From Octopus bimaculoides (taxonomy: Eukaryota), in contig NC_069009.1 in NCBI RefSeq assembly GCF_001194135.2, positions 9,603,608 through 9,667,607 on the forward strand: a DNA stretch of 64,000 nt, read 5' to 3'. The notes under the pieces were generated by a model, which was not told the origin of the DNA, did no database searches, and saw only the letters and a list, made by a program, of their open reading frames with translations. Positions 49,440 through 63,700 of the stretch are shown here, in pieces (position 1 is the stretch's first letter; every line of letters starts with the position of its first letter). The position numbers and the translations under genes are program-made.

Positions 49440-51691
49440 TCTGCAAAACAGGAAGAAAAAAAGAAAAGAAAAAACAGCAGTTAATTAAAAACAGACTAGA
49501 AAACCAACCACTAACAAAGATACATGAAACATCAATAGAGGAACACCATCACACATTGCTCCCCCACCAACTTTTACAATCAGGGGGGGGGGGGCTACAC
49601 AGCCTCTTTTGTAGTTTTCCCATTACCAAATTGGTTGCCTGAGGATGGGCCAACAAGACTTGCTTATGATGTTAGGCAGTTGTAAAAGAAACTTGTGAAA
49701 CCAACTTCTTGATACGGCCATGCTTATACATGTTACATTTTATAACCATCTTAATTTTTTATTTTTTTTTTACCTTTTACTTTGTTTCAGTCAGACTGGC
49801 TATGATGGGGTTTTGCCTTTTAGAACTTTGTCAAATATATCGACCCACGTACCTATATTTTGTTATGTCTGGTATCTATTTTATCAGTCTTTTGCCAAAC
49901 TGCCAAGTTACAGAAACGTAAGGAACACAGGTTGTCAAGTAGTGGTGGAGGACAGACACAAAGACAAACAATGGGCTTCTATCTGTTTCCATCCACCAAA
50001 ACCACTCCAGTTTTAGTCAGCCCAAGGGTATGGTAGAAGATACTTACCGAAGGTATCACACAATGAAACTGAACCCGAAACCATGTGGTTGGGAAGCAAG
50101 CTTCTTACCACACAGCCATACAATACTTAACTAGATTTTAGAAAGACAGCTGCCAGACCTGAGATGCTCAGGACTCATCAAAAGGCATTGCTGCCAAAAC
50201 AGCCTCGGCTTTTCATACACCAGGGAGTTACATATTCCTTATTTGAATAAAGCATGCATAGTATTTTAATATTCAACAGCTGCACGTGCAGATGATATAA
50301 ACTGACTCCCGGTAGAAACAATAAGTTAGCTCCCCTTATCCTTTCTTATTTACAATTTCAGCGACTACTGAATGTTCCAGTAACTGCTTTCAGGAGATAA
50401 ATGACCAATGTACTGCGATAAATTCCTCTCAGTAGCAAGAGACCACTGACAGCATCCCCCACCCCACTTTCTTATTTTTTTGGAATTTTCATAAAATTTT
50501 TGCGAATTGCGTTCTCCACGGAGGCAGAGTGACCGAGACCTGTGGCAATATACCGTGCCTGAGAAGACCTGTCAAGCCAAGTGAGATCGGAGTCGCGGCC
50601 AATGTCTGTGTTTCGTAACTGGCACGTAAAGAGCACCCACTACACTCTTGGAGTGGATGGCGTTAGGTAGGGCATCCAACTGTAGAAACCATGCCAAATC
50701 AGATTGAAACCTGGTACAGCTCTCCAGCTTACCAGTTTTCAGTCACTGTCCAACCCATGCCAGCATGGAAAACGGACGTTAAATGAGACAAATCCGTTAT
50801 GCTTAAAAAATTTTTTTTTTATTTTTTACACTCCATCTTCCAACGTCCAAAAAGTTTTATTCGAATTTTTTTTAAAGCAGATTTTAAAATACGGAGTTTG
50901 GTTTTGTTTAAATCTCAGCAATGGGCAATCCTTGGGGGGCATCATCATTCCAGTAGGTGTTTATGGGGAGAAAAATATTGTCAGAGTGACAAAGAAACGG
51001 GGAGGGTATCAGGTGGTCGTGAGATGTGCTAAAAACAGCTAAATCACATAAAAAAATCGTATGAATTCCCACGTGTAGAACACAAATTAGCAAGTTTTCT
51101 GAAAATTCCAAAAAAATAGGTTAATGAGGAATTTATATAGGTACTTAAAAATCAGAATTCCGTCGAATATGGTTATAGAGGCCCTGGTGCAGGATGTGGG
51201 TTGTGCGACTGAGGGGTGGGGGTGTAAACGCTTAAACCGAAATCTCGTTAACTGGTACATTTGCGGTCAGAGAGTGTCAACAGCTTCGTGATTGAAACTC
51301 AGAACAAATATTCTTCTACCAATCCAAATAGCACCACTGAGGAGTATTACAAGACTTTCTCCTCACCACCACCCCTTAAAAAAATTTTAATTCCGACCCC
51401 ACTCTTTTCGGCTACGGGAATTACTAATCTGCAAAAAAAAATTGGCAAAATCGACAATTTTTAAATTTTTTAAATAAACAAATTTGGGGGGAAACGGTGG
51501 ACGGGGACGAGCGGAAGTCTTTCCCCAGAGTAGTCTTCGGCAAGATTTTAACTCATGATTTAAGAGATTAACTCTATATATCACAATTACACTACAATTA
51601 ATAAAAAAAACGTTTTTATTGCCTTAGGGTAATGTAATAGTAACAATCAATTATCCTCTTATAATACCACCTTCCCCCATATCATTTCTGG

Positions 51692-51838
51692 GTACTACTA
51701 AAGCAGCACGGTCGCGCGTCCGCGCTAGCTAGTCGTGAGTGGTCGATCCTAACCCTAACCACGTATTCATATGCACACGCGGGTTAGGGATCGACCACTC
51801 GCGACTGCGCGTTCGGGACCGTGCTGCTTTAGTAGTAC
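51692..51838. mobile_element. CpG-rich hairpin element with telomere-like TAACCC/GGGTTA units in its arms
   Basis: gtactactaaagcagcacggtc...gagtggtcgatcctaaccc pairs with gggttagggatcgaccactc...gaccgtgctgctttagtagtac; short central loop. Confidence 0.8.
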
Positions 51839-52677
51839 TTCATTTCTGTCACTCGTCAATGTATTAAAAGAAAGGGTATTACTATCTTTTGTATATACAC
51901 GTACGCATTTTACTTCTTTTAGTCAATGGCCTGCGGCCATGTTGGGGCATCGCCTTGAACAATCGACCTCAGGACATTCTATAAAGCGTGGTACTTATTC
52001 TATCCGTTTACGTCGAACTGCTAAGTTACGAGAATGTAAACAAACCAGCACCGGTTTAATTACAAAGCAGTGGTGAGACATATACACGATGGGCTTCCGT
52101 TCACCAAATCGGTGAATCGAGGCTATAACAAAACCAAGCCCCACGTGCACTCAAAAGATAAATTACGCACGCGCACGTTATGTATTAGATTTGGGTAGTC
52201 TATCGCTGGCTGGCTACTCCGAGTTATAAGTTACCTGCCACCTGGGCATCCACAGGCGAAACTCAGTAACAAGAGACAGACTCAAACCATAAAAAAATGT
52301 ATCTGCGATGGTACTGAGAACTCCCAACAATCAGTATTAATAGTGTATACGCGTGTATATATTATACACATAAATATATGTAAATACAATTTAGAGAAAA
52401 AGAGACTAAATTGTGCGCAGTGTAAAATATAGCAATTAAAACATTAAAAAACCCCACAGTAATCTGCTGAATCACAACGGTTTTATACGAGATTACACTC
52501 ATAAATGATCGTTGATCAAACGGAAGAAAGTAAAGTACAAACTGGATTAAAACATTATTGCCACACGTTTTCGTTTGGCTACGGCCTTGTTGCTTGGGTG
52601 TATCTGGGCAGATATACGTACGCATAGAAAGGTTGTGTAAAAACAGACGAAATAGAACAAAAAAAAATGGCGATTAC

Positions 52678-52824
52678 CTGAGAGAATATATAAAGACGAC
52701 TGGTTAAAAAAAAAAGGAATAGTCAACACGTGGATATCACACTGGGTTTTAATAAAATGGTTGCCGGTCTCAGTATGTGAGTTAAGTAGGTCGTCGCCTT
52801 TTTCTCTCACTCGTAAGGAGAAAG
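52678..52824 (-). other. CNBP: Candidate non-coding exon 1 (5'UTR) of the CNBP-like gene
   Basis: Donor CAG|gtaatc at 52677; lies in a CpG-rich, repeat-free region; begins at a pyrimidine tract. Confidence 0.55.
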
Positions 52825-52828
52825 AGAG
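52815..52828 (-). promoter_or_regulatory. TCT-type initiator / 5'TOP tract (CTCTCTTTCTCCTT; predicted +1 C at 52824)
   Basis: Matches the YYC(+1)TTTYY consensus; CACGTG E-box at 52727-52732 and YY1-like AAAATGGCG at 52664-52672 nearby. Confidence 0.45.
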
Positions 52829-54028
52829 TTAAGTGGTTCACTCAAGGCCGGCACAATTGGTAAGTCGTTATATAGGACAGAGAGAGAAGGGGGAGAGGAG
52901 GAGTGTGTGAATATATACACACAAACGGGGTCGGGGTGTTTATACCAAGGACAACAGAGGAAGCTAAGTCAACTCGCACACAATACAGTAAAAATGAAGG
53001 ATAGGAAAGATATTTCTTATTCGGTGTATGTGTGTATTTTTTCTGAGGCGGGGGAGGGGTCTCTTGCTACTCTCAGTTTCATCTGCATGTACACAGGATC
53101 TTCAGGCAAATTATGACAGCAAGAGAGCGACTCCATCAAAATAAAATATATTGTTCATCTGTATGCGTGGTTTAAATTTGGCAAATACAAGATGAAAATT
53201 TAGGTACTTGCAAACGGAAGTGAAATCTATACGCAAGGACAACTACGTGTATATACGGGTGTGTGTGTGTGTGTGTATCTATGCGTGTCTATCTACACAC
53301 ACACGCATGCAAATGCAACGCACGCGCGCTAAAAACCTGGAGATAAATCGATAAAATAAGACTCCCAGGAGACAATAGGCACTCACATAGAGTGAAGCAG
53401 TAGTAGTAGTATGCTTAAGCCTGACACAGTATATAAGAGCTTACTTTCAATTAATCAATATTATATACACTTCCTTTGATAATATGTACAAACAATTTAT
53501 TAAAACAGATATAAGCTAATAAATTCATTTAAATGGTTTATCTCATGTTTTTCGATTCCGGTTGCATGTCGCGGAACCAATTACCCACGTAAGTTGGGGT
53601 ATTACTGTGTAAACGCTCTGCTTACGTCATACAAAGCGGATGATCAACTTGCTGAAAATAACCCAAATCTCATCACACTACCATCGAAAAAAAAAAGGGA
53701 AATGAAAAGGCTCTAAGGTCATGACTGGAATGACTAGACCATAATAGATCTTGAAGAGAACCGAACAAGTGGAACTGGGGCAGGGAGGTTTGGGTCTCTC
53801 TGTAACCACTCAATTCTCGTTCAAACCTCAAATGTAATCTTGCACTAATTCTAACTGCAAGATGGTCACGGAAAGAATGTCTTCGATCGTACGTCTATCA
53901 ACTGGATCAGAATTCATTTGGGACTAAGCAATTGTGGTTTTGACACAAACACAATGTCACGAGTTCGAAACTTGCATCGACTGAGCTCTGCGGCCTATGA
54001 AGGAAGAATTCATAGCTATAGACTAAAT

Positions 54029-54990
54029 CAGGGGCTCACCAAACTTTTTTCACGGTGGACCAGATAACTGAGAGAATGACGAGCGCGGGTCGCACAACCA
54101 TTTTGTTCAATACAATACAGTGAATGAATACATTATAAAATAAAGACAACCAACATTTATTTACTAAAAGGTTATCAAAGATGGCGACGTTAGCAATAAG
54201 CTTGTATCCCACCCGGTGCGCACATATCCGAATCTCAAACTAAACAGCAAAAAAGGTCAGTGAGGTTTGTGAAACTGGTGCTTAGCTTTTAAGATATAAT
54301 CAATATTTGCTTTGAAATTGCTGCATCCAACCAAGAGAATTGCTTTCAAATGTTCATCAGTCCACCNNNNNNNNNNNNNNNNNNNNNNNNNNNNNNNNNN
54401 NNNNNNNNNNNNNNNNNNNNNNNNNNNNNNNNNNNNNNNNNNNNNNNNNNNNNNNNNNNNNNNNNNNNNNNNNNNNNNNNNNNNNNNNNNNNNNNNNNNN
54501 NNNNNNNNNNNNNNNNNNNNNNNNNNNNNNNNNNNNNNNNNNNNNNNNNNNNNNNNNNNNNNNNNNNNNNNNNNNNNNNNNNNNNNNNNNNNNNNNNNNN
54601 NNNNNNNNNNNNNNNNNNNNNNNNNNNNNNNNNNNNNNNNNNNNNNNNNNNNNNNNNNNNNNNNNNNNNNNNNNNNNNNNNNNNNNNNNNNNNNNNNNNN
54701 NNNNNNNNNNNNNNNNNNNNNNNNNNNNNNNNNNNNNNNNNNNNNNNNNNNNNNNNNNNNNNNNNNNNNNNNNNNNNNNNNNNNNNNNNNNNNNNNNNNN
54801 NNNNNNNNNNNNNNNNNNNNNNNNNNNNNNNNNNNNNNNNNNNNNNNNNNNNNNNNNNNAACCCTCAATAAGGCCAAATGAACATAAAAGTGGAACGATG
54901 AAACATCGTTTTGAATCTGTTATTTTTATAACAATTCATACAAAACTGGAAAAAATTATGCATTTTCCTGAACCTGAAATATTTTTATAA
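54029..54990 (-). mobile_element. hAT (Charlie/GTF2IRD2-type) transposon remnant spanning an N gap
   Basis: TIR-like caggggctcaccaaact at 54029; minus strand WTDEHLKAILLVGCSNFKANIDYILKAKHQFHKPH* resembles a hAT C-terminus. Confidence 0.6.
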
Positions 54991-55419
54991 CAAAATCATA
55001 GCATGCTTATTGAGGAGGCGAAACGTCAACAATGTGTTGAAGTAGTAAATCAAAAGGATTTTTTAATCCAATCTCTTGTCGCGACATAACTCGATTTTTT
55101 TTAGTGGAGATAACCTAATTTTTTAATGGGGGTGAGATAACCTAAAAAGCACCTCGAAGTTATTTACTTAAATCATGACTCGGATTCGTAGCAACCTTTT
55201 TCGAGAAGCAGGCCGAGCCGTACCGGGGGGAAAAAAAATTTTTCGTTTGGAAGTCTACTTGGCGTAGGATGTGGGAAGTCTTAAATGCCATCAAATAAGG
55301 TAGCTACGTGGTCGCTCCACCTGCTAGAAACAGCAGCTAATCTTGAACCGTCTTGATAAGGGAAACACTGGCAAATGTCCCTGCATGGATGAAAATAACA
55401 ATGCTCACAAATGGAAATG

Positions 55420-56260
55420 TATGATAGTAGATGAACTCGATCACAGCTGATCTTGAACTGAACACGAATTATCAAAGTACAGACGAATGGATTAAGATAA
55501 CCAAACGACTGACGAGTTAAATTCGTCCCATATTCTCAGCACTAACAAGGGCACGAACCAGCTCAATCCAGTTGACTTTAAATGCAGAGCTAGGAGTAAC
55601 AGTCCCAATATTACTGATTTGATGAATGTTGGGTAATGACTGCGCCAGTTACGAGTTGCCTTTTGACAAGGCATAGCAACCGTTCAGCCACCCTGCCAGA
55701 AATACGGCGAAGAGGTAGCGGAAGAGCTCAACTGAGCCAATTCTTACATTGCTGAGCGGAGGAATCTGAGATGATCAATGGTCAGGATCTATAAGTTCCA
55801 TCAAGAGCGTAACTGCGACACATCCATTGGGGGTGGTGTCCATAGTTGTGTAATCAGCTGATGAAAGATTCACAATGACTCAAGCCCCCAATTCAAATTC
55901 ATATTGACGAAATTGGATGGCGACAGTCATGGGAATCCGCGAAAGCAGCCTCAACCGAAATGGGGTTTATCTGAAGGATCTCTGAGCTATGTTCAGAGAC
56001 CCTAGTGTCTCTCCTGGTCGAGTCACTTCTCGTCACAGGTCTGGTATTGTGGACATGCGATTAAAATGTGACAGGAAAATCACAAAAATGGATTCTCCAA
56101 ACCAAGAATGAGATGGTTAGATAATATCCATGGTCCCAGTCGATCACACTTGAGAACCCAGCCGGAAAGTCTGACAGTTGCTTCTCGTAGGACCCTATGG
56201 AGGAGGTGCCTGAGGACTACTGCCACAACCCGCCCAGGAATACTGGTTAGAGAAGTGTGT
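55420..56260 (+). mobile_element. Highly decayed CR1/Jockey-like LINE (endonuclease-linker region)
   Basis: Only scattered residues are recognisable (DGDSH after the IVDF.TRIP position; R.VWYCGHA); many stops. Confidence 0.4.
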
Positions 56261-57269
56261 AAAAGGCCCCAGGTATAAACCTTGTGGTTCTTGTTTAAAC
56301 AGGCACTAACTTTCTCGCCTTATCCGCAATTCTGTTATGTAATAACGGTTCTAAATTTATGTACAACTTTTGGGAAGGGTTAAGTCGATTACATCGACCT
56401 TGGTGTTGAATTGGTTCTTATTTCATCAACCCCCAAAGGATGAAATGCAAAATTGACTTCGGCAGATTTGAACTCAAAGACGAACGAAATGCTACTTGGC
56501 ATTTTGGTCGGCGTTCGATTCTGCCAGTTCGCCGCCTTCATAATCATAATAAATAGGAAGCAATCTAACTAGTCCCGAATGGCCTACAGGAAAGTGATGG
56601 GGGCATTTTGTCGAGTCTGGAATTAGGGGGAAGTGCCCCATCAATTTCCCGTAGGAAAATGGAGGTCCTGACTCAACAAGCGCATGCGCGCATCCAGTCA
56701 CCCACCCACCCTGTGGGATACTAATTATTGGTACACACACGCTCTCTCTCTCTCTAGCAGCGATTCTTAACTGGAGTCTATATAAAATTTTGCTGTTAAA
56801 ATCTATGGGTAATAAATTGGTCATACTTATCCAATTCAAAATGTTTTAACAATTGTTATACAATTCCTAATATTTCGTTATAAAATTATAATGGGACTAT
56901 TTTAAACAATGAATGTTTAGGGTCCAGGAGAGTAAAATACGAATTAAAGGGATCCATAGGCAAAAAGAAATGAACCGCTGTCTAGAGGGAGAACTTGAAA
57001 TAACCAGATTTCCCTCCAGTCATAAAAGCATATTGGATAATACAGTCCAAGATACACTATTGTCCTGAAACAAAGCAGGCTTGATGTTTACAGCTTTAAT
57101 TACATTGTCAATCCAACACTGAGCTGAGACTACAATAAAATGACCACGTAAGATATTATGTATGTGTTGACAGTAAAATTAGGTAATTTCCTATTTGACG
57201 TTCGTAGAACCAGTGATCTGAAAAGTTCATTTCAAAACATTTCAGTGATACATACTATAAACAGTGGGT

Positions 57270-57780
57270 AAAAAGTGATGGAAAATGTTCGACTTAATTT
57301 GAATAGTTTCGCCCGGGCACATGTGAGAATTCTTCAACAATCTACAGCGGGCACACCGAGCAATACAAATCGATGGATACAACGAAGGTTATCTACTGAT
57401 CTCTATTTCGTTGAGATTCACAATAAAACGAAGAGCAGTGGGGCGTACGAGACATGCTAATCGAGTGGAAATGAGATTGAAACTAAAACAAATTCGATTT
57501 TACGAAGGTAATGTACAAATCAAGGGGTATAATTCATGTCATGTTTTATCCGCCAGGTAGCACCCATGTGCAACCTCGGCTATACAAGGTTCTGTGGTCT
57601 TAAATAGATAAAAGAAAGCAACTGAAAATAACGGTTACAGAAATAAAGCATAGTTTGTTATACACACGTACATTTAGTGGCATAAACTATACAAGCCGTC
57701 ACTCGAATAACAATAACATACGCAAAGAAATATGGATGCCAGTTAAAGAATCGAAAACGAGGTTTAAAAACTAACGTATA
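57270..57780 (+). mobile_element. Decayed mariner-like transposase
   Basis: Residual KVM...RGIIHVMFYPPGST...LYKVL (mariner catalytic region). Confidence 0.5.
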
Positions 57781-60700
57781 CATTTATACACATAAACCGA
57801 TGTAGTCTCTTGTTACTCAGCGTCATTTTGTGTAACATATGGAAGGTTAAAACCACCACAATCGGCCATTTAAAATTTCGTTCCATGTTGTAGTTTGTTT
57901 GACATATAAAGTATCAGTAGAAATAGCAGTCGAACCAAACCTGAATTTAAAAAGATAAATACACGTAAATAATGGTGGAGCTGTAGAAACTATAACGATG
58001 ATCACAATACCCCTCCTCTATTAATAAAGTAGAGAAAATAGAATTTGCATAATTCTTCTACGCTATGGTGCAGGCAAATTTAAAAGCAGCTTAATATATT
58101 AAACATAGCAAATTGTTAGCCCTCTGATTGTCACAGGCTCCCACGACGAGAAATACTGCCTTAGATTAATTAATAGGAACTGATGGATCGGAATTAACAT
58201 GATGTATTATCAACACCACCATCACTGAGCGAGCTTTAACAGCCAAAGTACCCTCAAATGACATCTTAAAAAAATTTTTTAATACAAAAATAAATGCAGT
58301 CTAGCAGGGCAATGTTGGACTTCATACTGCTTACAAGGATAAAAATAGTGTTGCATATATAATTATGCACACATACGACACATATGCGTGCGTATATGTG
58401 AATATGGAGGGGGACACAATTCCGATAAGCATTTACCCCACCATCCACTCATACATTCCTAATCCAGTGATGACAGACAGAATAGTTCAGTTACCTAGCT
58501 AAATTAGCAATTTCCAGGTGAAAATTGAACTCATACCCACGTAGATCACACCTACACACAGCAAGTAGCAGTCAATGTCCCCCTCCTCCAACTTATTACT
58601 TCTTATACTACCACGCAACCTTTCTCCAACCACTTGTCTCCTCTTCCTCTTCCTACTACCACTGCATACGTCATAGCAACTTGCCTCAGTTACTCTCCTC
58701 CCCTTCCTTCAACCAACACTAACATACTCCTCCCTAACTATTTTACACAGGTAATGCCCTCTACTCATGTTCCCCGCTCATAAGTCATCTCTTACCGAGA
58801 CTCAAAGACACCACTTCCTCTATCCTTCACCCTCGATACCTTTCTCTCTGTTTACTCCTCGTCCTCCACTCCAACTCCTCAGCAAATGATCAAGAGCCAC
58901 TACGCAGTAACTAGACCTACTAGAAATAGCTACCAAATACCTCCCTAATACTATTTGAGTAATGTGGTCGCATCCGGAAAGCCTTTTATCATAAAGTAAA
59001 TAGGTCGGTTTCACTATGACAACTGTAGGGACACAAACACCATACACATTAGAAATAGGCCATAGAAATACAATGTGGGAGGAAGACAGCCTATATTTTA
59101 TGCTTCAACTACATAAAACGAAATTTAAAAAATCTATTCTCGAGACATATTCGTCGTAGGAATTAAGTATTTGGTCCAAGGAGGCTGAATAATATGAGAT
59201 AGATGTATGACTCGGTTCCATACTTAGCTTGGTTTACTTCACATGAAGATAAAAATAAGAAACTCTTAAATAGAAATGGAAATTATGTATTTAAAGTGAA
59301 CATCCCAACACAAAATAACTGGTAGTGCTAATCGTCCGACTAGTCCTAGCAATTTTTAGAGAGGGGATTACGATCCCAGTATTGGACTGGTACCGACCCT
59401 TTCGGGATCGATAAAGGCAAAATCGACCATGTTTTTGTTTTTTTTTGTATTCCAAAATAATCTCAATCCTTCACCTTGTCATAAGTTTTCCCTAAACATC
59501 CATGCTTGTTTTAAGACTTAACGGTTTCGTATGTTGAGTAATAATAAAGCTTTTAGTAGTTGAAAGAAAAAATTGGGGATGTGTGTCATATACGATGCAT
59601 GGATGCCAGAGAAATATGTCTTATGTATCACGTGTGATACATAGGACAGGCAAAGGTTTCAAGACAATGTCCTAACCAGTTAACTCCAGCATAGAGCGAG
59701 GCCGATGTGGGAGGCTGTCTGACATCGCCTGTCACGGCTTGGCTTGGTTTGGTTTGTATTTTTACCGTTAATCATTTGATTCCACTTTTCTGCCCTTGCA
59801 TGGGTTGGACAGAATTTATTAAGGCAGGTCTATGACCGGTTAATAAATTTCCCTATTGTCAAACGTTCTCGTAGAAAAGTGGAAATTAATGATACTGATT
59901 ATCATTTAACATCCGTTTTCCATGCTGGCATGGATTGGGCGGTTTGAGCAGAGCTACACCGGTACTACTTGGTTTCTAAGGCTGGACGCCATCCCTAACG
60001 CCAACCACATTACAGAGTGTAGTGGGTGCATTTTATGTGTAACCGGCACAGGGCTCTTGCACGTCAATCCTCTTCACCAGTGGGAGAGGCATTAACACTT
60101 CTGCTGAGGATGAGTCTTCTTGAGGCGCCAGATATTTCGGTGCTAGTGAAATTCATTTACAACTATCAAGTGTACACACATACAGGGTGGACTTCTTTCA
60201 CTTTCTGTCAGATAAATATCCATTCACAATGCTTTGATCAGCCCGGGACTAAAGCGAAAGACATTTGAACAAGGTGCTTAGGGCTGAAGGACAGAATCCG
60301 TAACCACGTTGCTGGAAAGCAGTTATCACAATCACCTACTACTAACATATCAAGGAAAATATTTTGTGGATCCAACTAAATGACGTCACACCGGATCCTC
60401 GGTTAATATCTAACCGATCGGCACGCTTTACACGTTTAATCTAGTTTCATTTTGTAATCTTATCGCTCACGTATTTCAATCTTTGGACTGTGGCCATGCT
60501 GGGTGCGTGGCACCACCACGTGGGGGTTTCACCGAATGAACCAGATCCCTGTATTTGTCTTTTGCCGAACCGCCAAGTTACGGAGACGCAAACTAACCAA
60601 CACTGGCTGTCAAGCGTGGTGAGGGACAGACAAAAAAGACACGCTATATATATATAGTACTGGCACTCCGTCGGTTACGGCGACTAGAGCTCCAGTTAAT

Positions 60701-63700
60701 TTGAAGAAAGGAATAGCCTGCTCGTGAAATTAACGCGCAAGAGAATGCGACATGGTTGGCCCTTTGAAATACAAAGTACTACTCATTTGCTGCTACCAGT
60801 TCCCGTCTAACAAATCTACTTACATGACTAGTCGGTCCGAGGCTATGGTAGAAAACGTACCAAAAGATGATGCACAAATGGGGCTGAACCCAAGATCAGG
60901 TAGTCGGAAAATAAGCTAGTCAACCCAATCGCCACACCTGTCGGGAAAACATCTACTGCAAGGATAAACACTTTCACATTCGTGGGGCCATGTAAACTGA
61001 GTACCGCAGATTTCTTTCAGTTACCAGAGAGAGATCAGTAGTGACCTATCGGGATTGAGGAGAAAGTAGGTACAATATTAGTCGCCGCCACCACCACCTC
61101 ACGTCAGTAACTAATTTCTATCGTAGGTAGAAAATCAGATTTGGAAGGAGGGATCGATCAATCGAATCTACTGCTGTACTTCATTTTATCGAACTTAGCA
61201 CGATTCGAAACCTCTCTCAGCGAATAGTTATCATTGCAGCAATAATGATTCTTGCACAGAAACGAGTCAAACCCTGACGTTAAAGTATGATCAATACCAC
61301 TGGAAATGGAAACAGAGTCGCCGTTACTCAGCCAGACATCAGTTTACCGCATCCAACCACCTGTATACACGAGCCAACGAGAGCTTCTACAACTTGCTAG
61401 AAATAACTATAGCACCTTCAAATCACACTACTGTCTTAGTGAAGAACATACTGGACAATGTGATCCCAAATGCACTGCACCAAGGGAAAAGCATGATGGT
61501 CATGGTTGAAATGCCTTTCATCCATAGGCTTGCTCGGCCCAACAACAGAGAAGCCGAGCTTCACGCATTTAAAAGACTGGCAGCGACCATTAAAAGTTAA
61601 CATAAGCGAAACAGGCTACGATGCGAAAATAAGTATATTTGTTTTATCTCCGTAACCCTAATAACGGGTGTCCCACTTGGTTTGTAGTTTGACTTGCTAG
61701 AAATAAGACAAATCCCCCTCAAAATCACATTTAGTAGGTTTTCGAAAAACGCGGACACCCGTGATGCAATCCGAAATAGTAATTGAATAATGGACGAAAT
61801 GGCCACAAACTGGAACACTTTAATTGACCATGGAACTAAACAGCACGTTATGTCACTTGTGTGTATTCAGGCGGCGAGCTGGCAGAATCGCGAGTACGCT
61901 GGGCAAAATGCTTTGCGGCATTTCGTTCGACTTCACGTTTAGTTCAAATTTCGCCATGGTCCACTGAGACTTTCGGGATCAGTAAATTAAATACCAATTA
62001 GTGAGCGATATAAACGACTTCGCTCCTCTCCCGAAATTGCTGGCCCTTGTATCAACAATTGAAACCATTATCTACAGTTAACTATTCTCCCATGCACACA
62101 CACTACCGTACACAAGTTTCTGTCCACTACTCCTGGAAGAGTCGTGGGGGGTAGGGTTCTCAGGTATCGCATCCATACCAAACATCTCCAACTGGATTAC
62201 CAAGTGCGATCAATTGAGAACATAGACATTATCCAACCATCTCGTTCTACCCCTAGGTCTCCTGTCGATTAGTTTGTCCGAAGTACCGGACCTGTGGCCT
62301 TTCTTAATGCGGAGACCGAGCTACATACCCTGTCAAGTAACATTACTCTAGAAATCCTTCAGAATCCCATTTCCGCCGCTTGTATACACTCATTTTTTCC
62401 TATTATCTTGCTGTCGTTTATGCAACTACGCTACCCCCACAAGGCCCATGTACATTTAGTCAGTCGAAAAAACTGCACTTGGGTCGCGGCACTATCACAT
62501 CAAAAGTGTTGTCCACAATATAAATACTGTGCTCCAGAGGACAAGGTCGAAACCTGACGTTCAAAACAGAACCACTGCCTTGAAGTGACAAAACTCATTT
62601 TAAACTTACTCCAATATCGTCTGTTTGCATGCGTAGATATTACCAGTATTCCCACCCCACCCCCTGAAAGCTGATCTTCAAACACTGAGCCTTATGAAGG
62701 AGATAACAGAAGAGAGATATGTGACTCAAGGCCTGCCGAAAACAACTGAAATTCCTAAAACCAAGGTGCCACGTAAAAAGCACCCAGTGAAGTGGTTGGT
62801 GTTAGGAAGGGTATCTAACCGTAGAAACGAAGCCAAAGCAGACTATGGAACCAGGTGCGGTCCCTGGCCTTGTCAGTTCCTGTCAAGCCGTCCAACCCAT
62901 GCTAGCATGGAAAACGGACTTTAATGTCTTTTTCAGAGCCGCCAATATCTTCCACTAGATGGTCGTTTCCTTTCACAGAGGAAAAAAAAATTTTTTTTTT
63001 TAAAGAACAATCTTAACTGAAAAAGGAACGGCACGATCGACTGAGATCGATCTGAAGAAGTGTATATTTAATCTTAATGCCTGAAATATAACGAGTTTGG
63101 AAAATTCACAAAAAAGTGTTCAAATCCTTACTGTATTGCTAGGGTAGAAAAAGAAGAGTTAGCTGGATGGATCTGTTGGAAATAATAAAGAATTGAAGAG
63201 AAAAAGGAGATAAGTGACACCATAATTATTTCAATATTTTATTTATACACAAAAGCTGGGGTCTCTGATGAATCGAGATTTGAATCAGACATTTAACTTG
63301 TTTGAATACAATGACCTAGAAATTTTGAACATGCTCACGTCATTCAGTCACCATCCATCTACTTCTATTGTCATTAGCTGCGCTCAAGCAGGGGCACTGC
63401 CTTAAGGGTTTAATCCAGTGATCCTCAACCATTTTTTTTTTTTTTTTTGATGAGCCTCATAGTAATTCAATGTTTAAAAATCCTATAGTATTTTTTTAAA
63501 TGGTTAAAATATTGTGCAGATAAACATTAACAAAATCTTTTATGAACNNNNNNNNNNNNNNNNNNNNNNNNNNNNNNNNNNNNNNNNNNNNNNNNNNNNN
63601 NNNNNNNNNNNNNNNNNNNNNNNNNNNNNNNNNNNNNNNNNNNNNNNNNNNNNNNNNNNNNNNNNNNNNNNNNNNNNNNNNNNNNAGGCAGCGGGGGTGG

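Noticed and set aside
49441-52677. Equivalent of the human CNBP intron-1 (CCTG)n DM2 repeat
   Set aside because: No CCTG/CAGG array is visible in this intron.
1102-54990. Long ORFs containing X runs (e.g. 1127..1894, 9321..9935, 38677..39408, 54340..54990)
   Set aside because: They are open only because they cross N gaps.
58500-59050. ORFs 58525..58722 and 58820..59047
   Set aside because: Low-complexity C/T-rich DNA plus a SINE fragment; no protein motif.
61306-61600. Overlapping ORFs 61306..61509 and 61394..61600
   Set aside because: No splice or domain support; at best a very decayed RT fragment that I cannot assign.
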